Origin: Candidatus Poribacteria bacterium
GTDB taxonomy: Bacteria > Poribacteria > WGA-4E > UBA9662
Direction of reading: 5' to 3'
NCBI GenBank assembly: GCA_046582655.1
Contig: JAYGDX010000413.1
Coordinates: 32,001 to 96,000 of the forward strand
DNA: 64,000 nucleotides
Shown piece after piece: positions 31,445 through 41,392 of this stretch. The translations under genes were made by a program, and so were the position numbers. Numbering within the stretch: the first letter of the stretch is position 1; every line of letters starts with the position of its first letter. Below the pieces are notes generated by a model. It was given only the letters and a program-made list of their open reading frames with translations. It had not been told where the DNA came from and made no database searches.

Positions 31445-32370
31445 TATTGTATTCCAAATTGTACTTGCAAAATTTCGCTTGCACCGCCTTTAACAAGTTC
31501 TTCGGCTAATAATAGACCGATCTCTATTGGATCCGTTGAGTCATTTGCAATTTTTTTCAGAATCCTTTTTCGCCCATCGAGGCTTGAGACAAGACCAATT
31601 ACAGATAATTTATCACCCTTTAGTTGCGCATTAATGCCAATTGGTACTTGACATCCTCCACCAAGCTCGCGTAAAACGACGCGTTCCGTCTTTACCTCTA
31701 TTTCACTTCGTTGACAACGGATTTTTTTCAAAAAAGTGCCAGTCTGATCATCATTTTCACGAATTTCAATACCTAACGCACCTTGGCCAACAGCGGGAAC
31801 AATCTCGTCAACTTCAAAAAACTGTGTAACAGGGTCGTTCCCAAATAAACGCTTGACTCCAGCAGCTGCTAGAACTATGGCATCTAGATCTATTTCTTTT
31901 AGTTTTCTCATGCGTGTGTCGATGTTACCTCGTAGTGCCATAACTTCAAGGTCGGAACGAAGATAAAGAAGTTGCGATTTTCGTCTGAGGCTACTAGTAC
32001 CAATCTTTGCTCCGATCGGGAGGTTATCCAATTTAAATCCGGATTTCGAAATGAGCACATCACGAGGATCCTCCCGCATAGGAATACAACAGATTGTCAG
32101 ACCTTTAGGCAATTCAACCGGCAAATCCTTAATGCTATGCACAGCCAGATCAACCGTTTGATCAAGCAAAGCAGTTTCAATTTCTTTCGTGAATAAGCCT
32201 TTTTCTATACCAATCAGTGAGCTAGATTGCAGTTGATCTCCGGTTGTCTTGACAACAGAAAAATCAACAGAGAGATCAGGAAAGGCATTAACCAGAAGAC
32301 TCCCAACATGTTCTGCTTGCCAGAGAGCGAGTTTACTACCACGAGTACCTATTGTGATGCGATGTCCCAC
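31444..32370 (-). CDS. hemC: Hydroxymethylbilane synthase
   Basis: 'IGTRGSKLALWQA', 'KGLFTKE', 'AVHSIKDLP', 'GTSSLRR', 'RGNIDTR', 'GGGCQVPIG'. Confidence 0.97.
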   Translation of the reverse strand: MGHRITIGTRGSKLALWQAEHVGSLLVNAFPDLSVDFSVVKTTGDQLQSSSLIGIEKGLFTKEIETALLDQTVDLAVHSIKDLPVELPKGLTICCIPMREDPRDVLISKSGFKLDNLPIGAKIGTSSLRRKSQLLYLRSDLEVMALRGNIDTRMRKLKEIDLDAIVLAAAGVKRLFGNDPVTQFFEVDEIVPAVGQGALGIEIRENDDQTGTFLKKIRCQRSEIEVKTERVVLRELGGGCQVPIGINAQLKGDKLSVIGLVSSLDGRKRILKKIANDSTDPIEIGLLLAEELVKGGASEILQVQFGIQ

Positions 32371-32375
32371 TGTGA

Positions 32376-33659
32376 CTAATCCAGATTATCAAATCGTTCT
32401 AGTTCAAAAAGTTCCTGTAAAATTTGGATGTTCTGATCTTGATCATTGTCAGATGAAATAAAGCATTGGCGCAGGTTTTTAGTCGGTTGGTGAAGAAGTC
32501 GCTTTACAATTGATTTTGTCATTGATCGAACAACCTGCTCCTGATCATTAGAAAGATTCGCTTTATTGACACAAACACACAATTCGCGTTCAATAATTTG
32601 ATCAAAGTGCTGGTGGAGAGCTTTGATTGTTGGATCAGCTTCTAGCATTTTAATATATTCGTTAAAATTGGTTGCTTCTTCTTTGACAATCTCTTCGCCG
32701 GTTTTAGCTTCCTGTTTTCGTTCTTCAACGTTGGATGAGATAATATGACGCAAATCATCAATATTATAAAGGAAAGCATTTTCTATGTTGCTGATTCTTG
32801 GATCGATATCACGTGGCACAGCAATATCAATCATCACAATAGGACGATTATTACGCTTTTCCATTATTTTTTTGAATGGCTCAATCTGAACAAGATAATG
32901 AGGCGCAGTTGTCGAAGAGATAACAATATCGGTTTCGATCAAGAAATCAAGGTTATTATCAAAAATGGTTGCTGTTCCATCAAACATTTCAGCCACACGT
33001 TCAGCCCGTTCGCAGGTTCGGTTAACGACTGAGACCTCGGAAGCACCATTTTCGACGAGAGACCTCACCGCCAGTTCTCCCATCTCTCCTGCACCGATAA
33101 TCGTAACGGCTTTTCTTTCCAAGTTTGTAAAAATCTTTTTAGCCAGTTCAACTGCCACATAGCTGATCGAAACAGCCCGTGACGCAATTTGGGTCGTGGT
33201 TCGCGTGCGTTTGCCAACCTGAATCGCTTTTGTGAATAGACGATTTAGTAATTGGCCAGTTGTTTTAGCGGATAGAGCCTGTTCGTATGATTCCTTGATT
33301 TGACCGAGAATTTGTGATTCGCCGATCATCATGGAATCAAGACTTGACGCGACACGAAAGAGATGCAAAATAGCCTCAAATCCTTCATAGCTATAAGTGT
33401 ATCCGTCAAATTCTTTCCTATTAATTTGGTATAAATCAACAAGATAATCAGATAGAATATGCGGTTTGGCACCTGGTTTGATAACAGCGCATAACTCAAC
33501 ACGGTTGCACGTTGAGAGAATAGCAACTTCTTCAATTTGATAATGGTGTTTTAATGTTTGTAGTGTGCTTATAAGCTCGCTGGTACTAAAAGCAAGTTTT
33601 TCACGAAATTCAAGTGGAGCTGTATGATGACTCGTACCAATGATAGCAATTTTGTTCAT
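32376..33659 (-). CDS. hemA: Glutamyl-tRNA reductase
   Basis: 'HHTAPLEFREK', 'LSTCNRVE', 'SLDSMMIGESQILGQ', 'GAGEM', 'DIAVPRDID'. Confidence 0.97.
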   Translation of the reverse strand: MNKIAIIGTSHHTAPLEFREKLAFSTSELISTLQTLKHHYQIEEVAILSTCNRVELCAVIKPGAKPHILSDYLVDLYQINRKEFDGYTYSYEGFEAILHLFRVASSLDSMMIGESQILGQIKESYEQALSAKTTGQLLNRLFTKAIQVGKRTRTTTQIASRAVSISYVAVELAKKIFTNLERKAVTIIGAGEMGELAVRSLVENGASEVSVVNRTCERAERVAEMFDGTATIFDNNLDFLIETDIVISSTTAPHYLVQIEPFKKIMEKRNNRPIVMIDIAVPRDIDPRISNIENAFLYNIDDLRHIISSNVEERKQEAKTGEEIVKEEATNFNEYIKMLEADPTIKALHQHFDQIIERELCVCVNKANLSNDQEQVVRSMTKSIVKRLLHQPTKNLRQCFISSDNDQDQNIQILQELFELERFDNLD

Positions 33660-33669
33660 ACTTATTTAG

Positions 33670-34839
33670 TCAGTAAGAATAAGAATAAGTTTGTAGTTTT
33701 TTTTTGATTGTTTGTTGTACTTGATCTGTTCTTCGTGTACGAACTAAATTAAATGTGCACTCGGCTGAACAACCCAAATTATCAAAATCGAAACAGCACG
33801 ATCCCTTTTCACCTTTAAAGTTTTGGTCAATTATCTCTTCAAAAAACTGTTTACGTTGTGTCTGCGTTGGAATTAAGTTCATTACTTTAGACCGAAAACT
33901 ACCCAGTAGGTCAAGGAAATGACCATAGCCTCGACTTTCGAATTGGGTTGCCAGATCTGCTTGTATCCGCTTAGCCTGTTGCCACTCACTCTTAGAATCT
34001 AAATTTGGAGTGATCCCAATGACTAAATCACGGTCTATGACAGTTAGGGGAGTGTAAAATGTGCCACACATGGGATTTGTCATTAGCTCAACAAGTTGGG
34101 ATCCATCATACTCTCGGCATTCTGCGTCCGTAAAAATCAGAAATGCAGATGAGTTTTGCATCAATGCATCATTCGTCATTTTGACTTTGGCACCGCATCT
34201 ATGAAGCAGATTGACTCTTTCTGATAGTTCATGGCTCTTACCAACGGTCATACATTGACGACCTTCTATCAGAAATCCAACTGGATATGGCACTTTAGAT
34301 TCGAAATCGTGTTCCTCCATTACAGGAGTCTTTTGGATGTTGTTAGACGCTGACCAGTGTGATTCATCTTCAAGATGGTTGATAGCATCTCGGCAAAACT
34401 TTGACTCAATATATTCGCGCATACGCTTACACATCGCAGGGCTTTTGCCACTCGTTGAAATACTAATTGACACTTTGTCAAGTACCACAATTGAAGTGGA
34501 GGCGAATGTACATTCCGGTGCTACGTCAACAATGTTGACAAGATCAATTCCATTCTCTTCGTGTGCTTCTTTAAAAATACGGGTATTAGTTTGAGGAAAA
34601 TCTGTTGCAGCACATACAAGGAAAAATCCTGAGGTGTCTCCATCCTGAAATTGTCGGTCACGCCAAGAAACCTGATTACGCTCGATCAAGTCGTGCAAAT
34701 GCCTTGTAATGCTGGGACTGATCAGGTGAACGTCACCACCACTATGTAAAAGAGAGATAACTTTCCTTTCTGCGACAGCACCCGCTCCAACGACAAGACA
34801 TCTTTTGCCCTGCAAATTTAAGAATGCGGGGTAGAACAT
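33670..34839 (-). CDS. Precorrin-2 dehydrogenase/sirohydrochlorin ferrochelatase-like (SirC/Met8p/CysG-N) protein, internally duplicated
   Basis: 'YPAFLNLQGKRCLVVGAGAVAERK...VNIVD.APECTF...ISTSGKSPA', then a second degenerate copy 'YPVGFLIEGRQCMTVG...' and a Cys-rich tail; lies in the hem operon. Confidence 0.85.
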   Translation of the reverse strand: MFYPAFLNLQGKRCLVVGAGAVAERKVISLLHSGGDVHLISPSITRHLHDLIERNQVSWRDRQFQDGDTSGFFLVCAATDFPQTNTRIFKEAHEENGIDLVNIVDVAPECTFASTSIVVLDKVSISISTSGKSPAMCKRMREYIESKFCRDAINHLEDESHWSASNNIQKTPVMEEHDFESKVPYPVGFLIEGRQCMTVGKSHELSERVNLLHRCGAKVKMTNDALMQNSSAFLIFTDAECREYDGSQLVELMTNPMCGTFYTPLTVIDRDLVIGITPNLDSKSEWQQAKRIQADLATQFESRGYGHFLDLLGSFRSKVMNLIPTQTQRKQFFEEIIDQNFKGEKGSCCFDFDNLGCSAECTFNLVRTRRTDQVQQTIKKKLQTYSYSY

Positions 34840-34879
34840 CGAAGTCTAGACCTATGTTATTTAGGTTACGTAGGTAAAT

Positions 34880-35869
34880 TTATGAGTCTCTTGAGACAAG
34901 AGATTCCGCAAGATCATTGAGGGCAACTTTAGCACCTGTATTCGGTAACACGTTTAATGCTGTTTTTGCACGGTCTGCATATTTTTGAGCGGCCTCAAGA
35001 CAGTGTGATTCAACCGCATAGGAATCCAGCAGTTGACGCATCCATTCAATTGTCTGGTTACCTTCGAATTCTACTGTGTTGAAAATATTTTCGAGTTGTT
35101 CACGCTCTTCAAGCGTACAGGTTTCACGAACGTAGATCATTGGGAAAGTTAGTTTGCCGTCACGTAAATCTTTAAATGGTTGCTTCCCAAATTTCTCTGG
35201 ATCGGCAACGAAATCAAGCAGATCGTCAATAATTTGAAACGCAGTACCAATCAAATCACCATATGTGATAAGGGCATTCAAGTATTCAGGATTTTCTGTA
35301 CCCAGAATAGCTCCTGCATGACATGAAGCAGATATCAGTTTACCCGTTTTCAATTCAACAATTTTAAGATAATCATTTTGGGATATCTCAAACTCACCAT
35401 TTTTGTAGGCATGAATTACTTCCCCTTCACACATTGATTGGGCGGCATTAGCTAGAATTTCAAGGGCCAGATCATCTGAGCGGCGTGAAGCCAACATAGA
35501 AAGCACACGGGCATGAAGGTAATCACCAACTAATACAGCAACTTTGTTACCCCACTTAGAATGAAGTGTTACTTGACTTCGCCGAATTGGAGCTTCATCA
35601 AGAACATCGTCATGAACCAACGAAGCAACGTGGATAAGCTCGATACATGCAGCCAGTATATGTGCATCTCCTCCTGTATAACCACATGCTTTTGACGACA
35701 GGACAAGCAGGACTGGACGAATCCTCTTGCCACCACCTTCTATAATGTGACGTACAGCGTCATCAACAAAATCGTAATGGACCCGTGTCTCTTCAAGAAG
35801 AATCTTCTCAATCGCTTTTAGATCATCAGCTATAATCTTTGTAATGCTATTAAAATCTAGGTTCAACAT
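34880..35869 (-). CDS. Trans-polyprenyl diphosphate synthase (IspB/HepT-like)
   Basis: 'GGKRIRP', 'ELIHVASLVHDDVLD...RR', 'AVLVGD', 'KTG', 'AFQIIDDLLD'. Confidence 0.95.
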   Translation of the reverse strand: MLNLDFNSITKIIADDLKAIEKILLEETRVHYDFVDDAVRHIIEGGGKRIRPVLLVLSSKACGYTGGDAHILAACIELIHVASLVHDDVLDEAPIRRSQVTLHSKWGNKVAVLVGDYLHARVLSMLASRRSDDLALEILANAAQSMCEGEVIHAYKNGEFEISQNDYLKIVELKTGKLISASCHAGAILGTENPEYLNALITYGDLIGTAFQIIDDLLDFVADPEKFGKQPFKDLRDGKLTFPMIYVRETCTLEEREQLENIFNTVEFEGNQTIEWMRQLLDSYAVESHCLEAAQKYADRAKTALNVLPNTGAKVALNDLAESLVSRDS

Positions 35870-35874
35870 AGTTA

Positions 35875-37161
35875 TTACAAATTTGAAAAGACATTATCCA
35901 CTGCACGAATAGTGCTCTCTACGTCTTCTGCAGTGTGGGCAAGGGACACAAAACCCGCCTCAAATTGTGAAGGAGCGACATATACTCCTTGTCCCAGCAA
36001 TCCCCAAAAATATTTGGAAAATTTACTTGTATCGGATGTTTTCGCGGTTTCATAGTCGATCACTTCTTGGCTAGTAAAGTAGCAGATCATCATGGAACCA
36101 ACACGGTTATGAAAAGACGAAATACTGTGATTTTTCGCCGAGTGTTTAATACCATCAGAGATTACGCCTGAAGTTTCTTCAAGTTGCGCATACACCTCAG
36201 GTTGCGAGAGTTGTTTCAGCGTTGCGATTCCAGCTGCCATAGCCAGCGGATTTCCAGACAGCGTTCCGGCTTGGTAGACCTCACCAATTGGCGAAACACA
36301 CTGCATTATGTCTTTTTTCCCACCGTATGCACCTACAGGTAAACCGCCACCGATTATCTTTCCGAAACAGGTAAGATCCGCATCAACCCCGTACAGCTCT
36401 TGTGCGCCGCCATAAGCAACACGGAACCCGGTCATAACTTCATCGAATATCAAAACAATACCATATTCAGTAGTAACCCTACGGAGTTCTTCCAGATAAC
36501 CATCCTTTGGAGGTATAACCCCCATATTACCGGCAATCGGCTCTAAGATCAGGCAGGCAATCTGGTCTGGGTAAGCTTCGATGACCTGCTGAACAGAATC
36601 AACATCGTTGAAAGGAACCGTTAATGTATGATGGGCAAACTCTGTTGGTACACCTTCGCTATCAGGTAGCCCGAAAGTCGTCAGTCCTGAACCAGCTTTC
36701 ACGAGCAAACAATCGACGTGACCGTGATAGCATCCTTCAATTTTGATGATCTTATCACGTTTTGTATATCCGCGTGCAAGTCGAATTGCTGTCATTGTTG
36801 CTTCTGTACCGGAGTTTACCATTCTAATCTGATCGACAGACTTCACTGCCGAAATCACGAGATTTGCTAACTCAATCTCCAGTTCAGTTGGGGCACCGAA
36901 ACTCGTACCATCTTTCATCACTTCTGAAATTGCCGACAATACTATTGGATCGGCATGCCCCAAAAGCAATGGTCCCCAAGACCCTACATAATCAATGTAC
37001 TGGTTCCCATCGATGTCATATATTTTCGAGCCTTGACCGCGCCTAATAAAAAGCGGAGATCCACCAACGGATTTGAACGCGCGAACAGGGCTGTTCACCC
37101 CGCCAGGAATTAATTGTTGTGATGTCTCCCACGCTTGTAATGACCTAAAGTTGTTTACCAC
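35875..37161 (-). CDS. hemL: Glutamate-1-semialdehyde 2,1-aminomutase
   Basis: '[12 protein letters not shown]', 'NSGTEATM', 'GCYHGH', 'FDEVMTGFR', '[15 protein letters not shown]', 'QAGTLSGNP'. Confidence 0.97.
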   Translation of the reverse strand: MVNNFRSLQAWETSQQLIPGGVNSPVRAFKSVGGSPLFIRRGQGSKIYDIDGNQYIDYVGSWGPLLLGHADPIVLSAISEVMKDGTSFGAPTELEIELANLVISAVKSVDQIRMVNSGTEATMTAIRLARGYTKRDKIIKIEGCYHGHVDCLLVKAGSGLTTFGLPDSEGVPTEFAHHTLTVPFNDVDSVQQVIEAYPDQIACLILEPIAGNMGVIPPKDGYLEELRRVTTEYGIVLIFDEVMTGFRVAYGGAQELYGVDADLTCFGKIIGGGLPVGAYGGKKDIMQCVSPIGEVYQAGTLSGNPLAMAAGIATLKQLSQPEVYAQLEETSGVISDGIKHSAKNHSISSFHNRVGSMMICYFTSQEVIDYETAKTSDTSKFSKYFWGLLGQGVYVAPSQFEAGFVSLAHTAEDVESTIRAVDNVFSNL

Positions 37162-37559
37162 GCTTCTCTCTTCAGTAAATGCCTAGAAATCGCATTTAAT
37201 ATTTTTGATTCACACCAACAATAATAACCGATTACATTATAACTTATGCCCGAATAGGCAGCAACAAATAAACAGCGAACACAATCGCTGTCACGGAACC
37301 TCATACTGGGAATCATCTTAAAGGTCACCGATCAACCGATATTTTACCTATCCAAGGAAAACATTTGACAGATTACTTAATAGAATACTAAAATAGGTTT
37401 CGATGCTGATTTCCTCTTAAATCCGGAATAATTTAGATAAATATTTCAGCGTCTTTAAAAGATTTAAGATACATTCCTAACACTTGGAATTAGACACAGC
37501 ATGCAATCACACCTAGAGAGCAAGCCGGTATTTAAAAGTCATGACCATGATTTGCCAAA

Positions 37560-38291
37560 ATGAAGATGAAAACGGACAGTACTACTATACGGGTAATGAC
37601 CTATAATATTCATCACGGCGAAGGAATGGATGGACATATTAATCTTGATCGCATTGCTGCACTGATTCATTCTGCCAACGTCGATCTTGTTGGATTACAG
37701 GAGGTGGATCGGAATGCCGATCGATCCCATAATCTTGATATGATAAAAATCCTCGCGCGTTTAACTAGTATGCATTGGGCATTTGGCAAGAATCTCGAAT
37801 TACGAAATGGTGACTATGGCAATGGAATCCTCACCCGGTTTCCCATTGTACATCAGGCAAATCTGTATTATAAAATGGTTGAATCGTCAGAACGCCGTGG
37901 TTTACTTCAAGTGGTAATAGACGTTAACAATCAAGAAATTGTATTTATGAATACTCATATCGATCATCACTTAGATAATGCTGAATCCATTTTGAATGTT
38001 AAACAAATCCGGGCATCTGCCAATGCCTACGAGGGCAAACCGGTAATTATCTCCGGCGATTTTAATGAAATACCCGAAAGCCGGATGATTGAGGAAATGG
38101 AACTTGATTTTATAAATGCCTCGAGTGCAATTAGCCAACCAGTTTTGACTCATCGATCTACCAATCCAAAGACTCAAATTGACTACGTTTTCACCTCGAA
38201 GGATTGGACGATTCGGTTTATAGCAGTACTTTATTCCCTCGCTTCTGATCATCTACCTCTTGTTGCAGAGATTTCTGTGGATAAAATGTAA
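37560..38291 (+). CDS. Endonuclease/exonuclease/phosphatase family protein
   Basis: 'VMTYNIH', 'DLVGLQEVD', 'YGNGIL', 'NTH', 'GDFNE', 'IDYVF', 'ASDHLP'. Confidence 0.93.
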   Translation: MKMKTDSTTIRVMTYNIHHGEGMDGHINLDRIAALIHSANVDLVGLQEVDRNADRSHNLDMIKILARLTSMHWAFGKNLELRNGDYGNGILTRFPIVHQANLYYKMVESSERRGLLQVVIDVNNQEIVFMNTHIDHHLDNAESILNVKQIRASANAYEGKPVIISGDFNEIPESRMIEEMELDFINASSAISQPVLTHRSTNPKTQIDYVFTSKDWTIRFIAVLYSLASDHLPLVAEISVDKM

Positions 38292-38323
38292 AGATTAAAT
38301 TATAGAATCTGAAGGATTGTTTC

Positions 38324-40102
38324 ATGAAAAAAATAGTTTTCTCCGTGACGCTCACTTTAATATCATTCTCGATTGTAGGAGTCATTTGTACTTGGGCTGT
38401 ACCTATCATGGTAATTACTGGTCAAGTAAAAGGAAATGACGGCACACTCCTTGAAGATACAGATGTGATTATCAAAAACACCAATAAAGAAACACAGAGC
38501 TCTCAGCGTACATTCACAGGTAACGAAGCAGGCACTTTCGATTTCACCTTGATAGATTTTACGAATCAGAGTGTTGCTGATATAGGAGACCAACTTGAAA
38601 TTATAGTGAAATTGGATGATGGCGAAATAATTGCCAGAAAGATCCATATCCTGACGGAAGATGAAGTTGAAAGTTCATTAGTTATTATCTCAGTTCAAGT
38701 TGGGGGAAAGCCCTCGATTTCATCGATCGAACCCTCAACTAGCACTGTCAATGGAGGTATGACTGTTATTATCACTGGCAATAGTTTTCAGGATGGGGCA
38801 TCAGTTAGCATTGGTGAAAATGCTATGACAGAAGTTAATTTCGTCTCTGAAACTACCTTAACTGCCATTGTCCCCGTCGGAACGACAGGAACAACAGATT
38901 TGGTTGTTAGTAACCCAGATGGTCGTTCGACAACACTCTCTCAAAGCTTTACCTACACATCACTTGCACCAGTTGTTGCATCGATTAATCCAACAACTGG
39001 TATCACTACCAGTGGCATTTCAACTACAATCAATGGTGAAAATTTCCAGAATGGCGCGACTGTAAGTTTCGGTGAAACAGAATCTACACAGGTTGTTTTT
39101 GTTTCACAGACGAAGTTGATTGCTGATGTTCCCATAAATGAAGTAGGCAAGGTAACAATTCAAGTAACTAATCCTGACAACCAATCTTCTACACAGCTAG
39201 TTACCTTCACTTATATTTTTCCAGCGCCAACTATCTCGAGTCTGATTCCTGATAACGATCAAACTACTGGGGGAAAAACAATCGTTATCAACGGTGAAAA
39301 CTTCCAAAATGGAGCTACTGTACGCTTCGGTAAGATTGATGGAACTAATATATCTTTCGTTTCAGTGCGAGAGATAGCTGTTATTGTCCCCAGAGTTGAA
39401 GAAGCTGGTACAGTAAATATAATTGTTAAAAATCCCGATGATCAGTCAGCATCAATCAGATTTACATATAGAGAGCCAAAACAACAGCTTATTTGGGATA
39501 TTAGTCAAAATGAAGTTGTTGACATCTTCGATCTGGTAATCGTGGCAGGTCAGTTTGGGAAAAAAGGCAAAAATTTAACTGGCGATATTGACAAAAATGA
39601 TATAGTTGACATTTTTGATCTGGTACAAATTGCGAGTCACTTTGGTACCACAACTGAGTCACTTGCTGCTCCACCGATAGGAGACAATCGAATAGCTTAC
39701 CTCCGCAACGCCCTAACCGAACTGAAAGTATGGGAAAAATCTGATCCCGACGTTATTTTTGCAACCAAGTTATTAAGGGATTGGATGGTCGCTAATGGTG
39801 ATATTCCGATGGTTGCAAAACTGTTGCCAAACTATCCAAATCCGTTCAATCCTGAAACGTGGATTCCATACCAAATTGCGGATGCCTCAACCATTAAGCT
39901 TTCCATATTTGACGTTACAGGAAGTCAGATACGTCAAATTGAAGTCGGGTACCGCCAAGCGGGGATCTACGAGAATCAATCGGACGCGATTTATTGGGAT
40001 GGACGGAATAAATTTGGGGAACCTGTAACCAGTGGTGTTTATTTCTACATGCTTCAAACCGATGATTTCTCAGCAACACGAAAGATGATCGTGCTGAAAT
40101 AA
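38324..40102 (+). CDS. Secreted surface protein: N-terminal beta domain, 3x IPT/TIG, dockerin-like pair, C-terminal FlgD-Ig/sorting-type domain
   Basis: Signal peptide; three 'P.I.SI.P..G...GG....I.G.NFQ.GATV.FG...V.NPD' repeats; two 'D......VDIFDLV..A..FG' motifs; 'LLPNYPNPFNPETWIPYQ...YWDGRN..GE.V.SGVYFY'. Confidence 0.88.
   Translation: MKKIVFSVTLTLISFSIVGVICTWAVPIMVITGQVKGNDGTLLEDTDVIIKNTNKETQSSQRTFTGNEAGTFDFTLIDFTNQSVADIGDQLEIIVKLDDGEIIARKIHILTEDEVESSLVIISVQVGGKPSISSIEPSTSTVNGGMTVIITGNSFQDGASVSIGENAMTEVNFVSETTLTAIVPVGTTGTTDLVVSNPDGRSTTLSQSFTYTSLAPVVASINPTTGITTSGISTTINGENFQNGATVSFGETESTQVVFVSQTKLIADVPINEVGKVTIQVTNPDNQSSTQLVTFTYIFPAPTISSLIPDNDQTTGGKTIVINGENFQNGATVRFGKIDGTNISFVSVREIAVIVPRVEEAGTVNIIVKNPDDQSASIRFTYREPKQQLIWDISQNEVVDIFDLVIVAGQFGKKGKNLTGDIDKNDIVDIFDLVQIASHFGTTTESLAAPPIGDNRIAYLRNALTELKVWEKSDPDVIFATKLLRDWMVANGDIPMVAKLLPNYPNPFNPETWIPYQIADASTIKLSIFDVTGSQIRQIEVGYRQAGIYENQSDAIYWDGRNKFGEPVTSGVYFYMLQTDDFSATRKMIVLK
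38707..39470 (+). repeat. Three tandem IPT/TIG domain repeats (~85 aa each)
   Basis: 'ITGNSFQDGASV', 'INGENFQNGATV', 'INGENFQNGATV', each followed by an NPD..S..FTY-type ending; boundaries approximate. Confidence 0.8.
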
Positions 40103-40154
40103 GCAGATGTTGCTGGTTAAACTAGAGGAAGAACCTGAAAACCATAGAGAGCGC

Positions 40155-41390
40155 CTAGATTTCCAAATTCTCATTCCTGTAACAAATAGTTCCGGCCACA
40201 ACGGTCATCAGGTTTTCTGAGGCCTGATCGCATATCTGATCAAACACGGGTCGTCCATCGTCAGAAATGCCTATAGCAATCAGATCGGCTTGCCAATTCT
40301 TTTCTAATTTGCCAATGTACTTTAACTTCAAAGATCTCGTACCATTGATGGTTAAAAGGGAAATTAAAGTTTCGGGCAAAAGTTCCTCATAATTATCGGC
40401 TAAGAATTTAAGTTCATCAAGCATACTCAATGACCAATTGCTAGCCAAACTGTCAGTTCCAATTGAAACGTTGACGCCTGCTGCTATTAAGCGCATGATT
40501 GAGTGATTCGTATGAGAAAAGTATTTATGACTGCGGGGACAAAAAGCAACGCTTGAACCACTTCTAGCCAGTAGATCTATATCGTTGTCTGTCAAATAAT
40601 TGCAGTGTGCCAAAAGCGGTTGGAGATCTAGAATTCCCAGTTTTCTCAAATATGCGATGGGCGTAACTCCAGGTGGGTTCCATGCATCCAATGAAATATT
40701 AAGCATATTTAATAATTCTGCGAATTCTCCCGTGCCATATTGTAGAAACTCTATCTCCGCCTTCGTCTCAGCAATATGTGTCGAGAGGTGCAGTTGATCT
40801 GATTTTGCAATCTCAGCGCAATATTGGTAGAGGTTTGCGGATGTCGAGTATGGGGCATGGGGTGTGACAGCAGTAGTGAAAAGGTCATCATTTCGAAGGG
40901 ATTTCAGGGTTTTGCTAATCCGGGCGGATTCGTCTGCAAAAACATGCGAGGAAAGCCCAAGCGTTTCTAAAAAAACGACCTTTCGGATCTGGGAGTTTCT
41001 CAGCGTTTCGAGGCCTTTTCCAGAAGAGTGGATGTTACCAATTGTCGTTGCACCTCCAGCAAGACTCAACTGGATTCCGTCCAAGATTGCTTGATTAATC
41101 TGCTGACAGTCATCACAATTCGATCTGGTTGTGATCTGGAACAGCCAATCGGTAAAACGGGCATAATGGTTAACAAGGTTTTTGTGGTGGGTTAACTCAA
41201 GGTGCGTATGGGTGTTGACTAACCCCGGCATGATTACAGCCGATCCCAGATCAACTACTTTGGCGGGATAGAGATCTCGAATTTCAGTGTATCGCCCAAC
41301 CTCTCTGATTTTGGAACCGCACAAAACAACCGCACCATCTTCAATAATGGTACGGTCGTTTAATATGGCGTACTTAGCACGAAAAATCAA
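40155..41390 (-). CDS. Amidohydrolase superfamily metal-dependent deaminase (MTA/SAH or aminofutalosine deaminase-like)
   Basis: 'PGLVNTHTHLE', 'PHAPYS', 'THIAET', 'AHCNY', 'CPRS', 'IGTDSLASN'; TTG start 2 bp after the upstream stop. Confidence 0.88.
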   Translation of the reverse strand: MIFRAKYAILNDRTIIEDGAVVLCGSKIREVGRYTEIRDLYPAKVVDLGSAVIMPGLVNTHTHLELTHHKNLVNHYARFTDWLFQITTRSNCDDCQQINQAILDGIQLSLAGGATTIGNIHSSGKGLETLRNSQIRKVVFLETLGLSSHVFADESARISKTLKSLRNDDLFTTAVTPHAPYSTSANLYQYCAEIAKSDQLHLSTHIAETKAEIEFLQYGTGEFAELLNMLNISLDAWNPPGVTPIAYLRKLGILDLQPLLAHCNYLTDNDIDLLARSGSSVAFCPRSHKYFSHTNHSIMRLIAAGVNVSIGTDSLASNWSLSMLDELKFLADNYEELLPETLISLLTINGTRSLKLKYIGKLEKNWQADLIAIGISDDGRPVFDQICDQASENLMTVVAGTICYRNENLEI

Positions 41391-41392
41391 TT

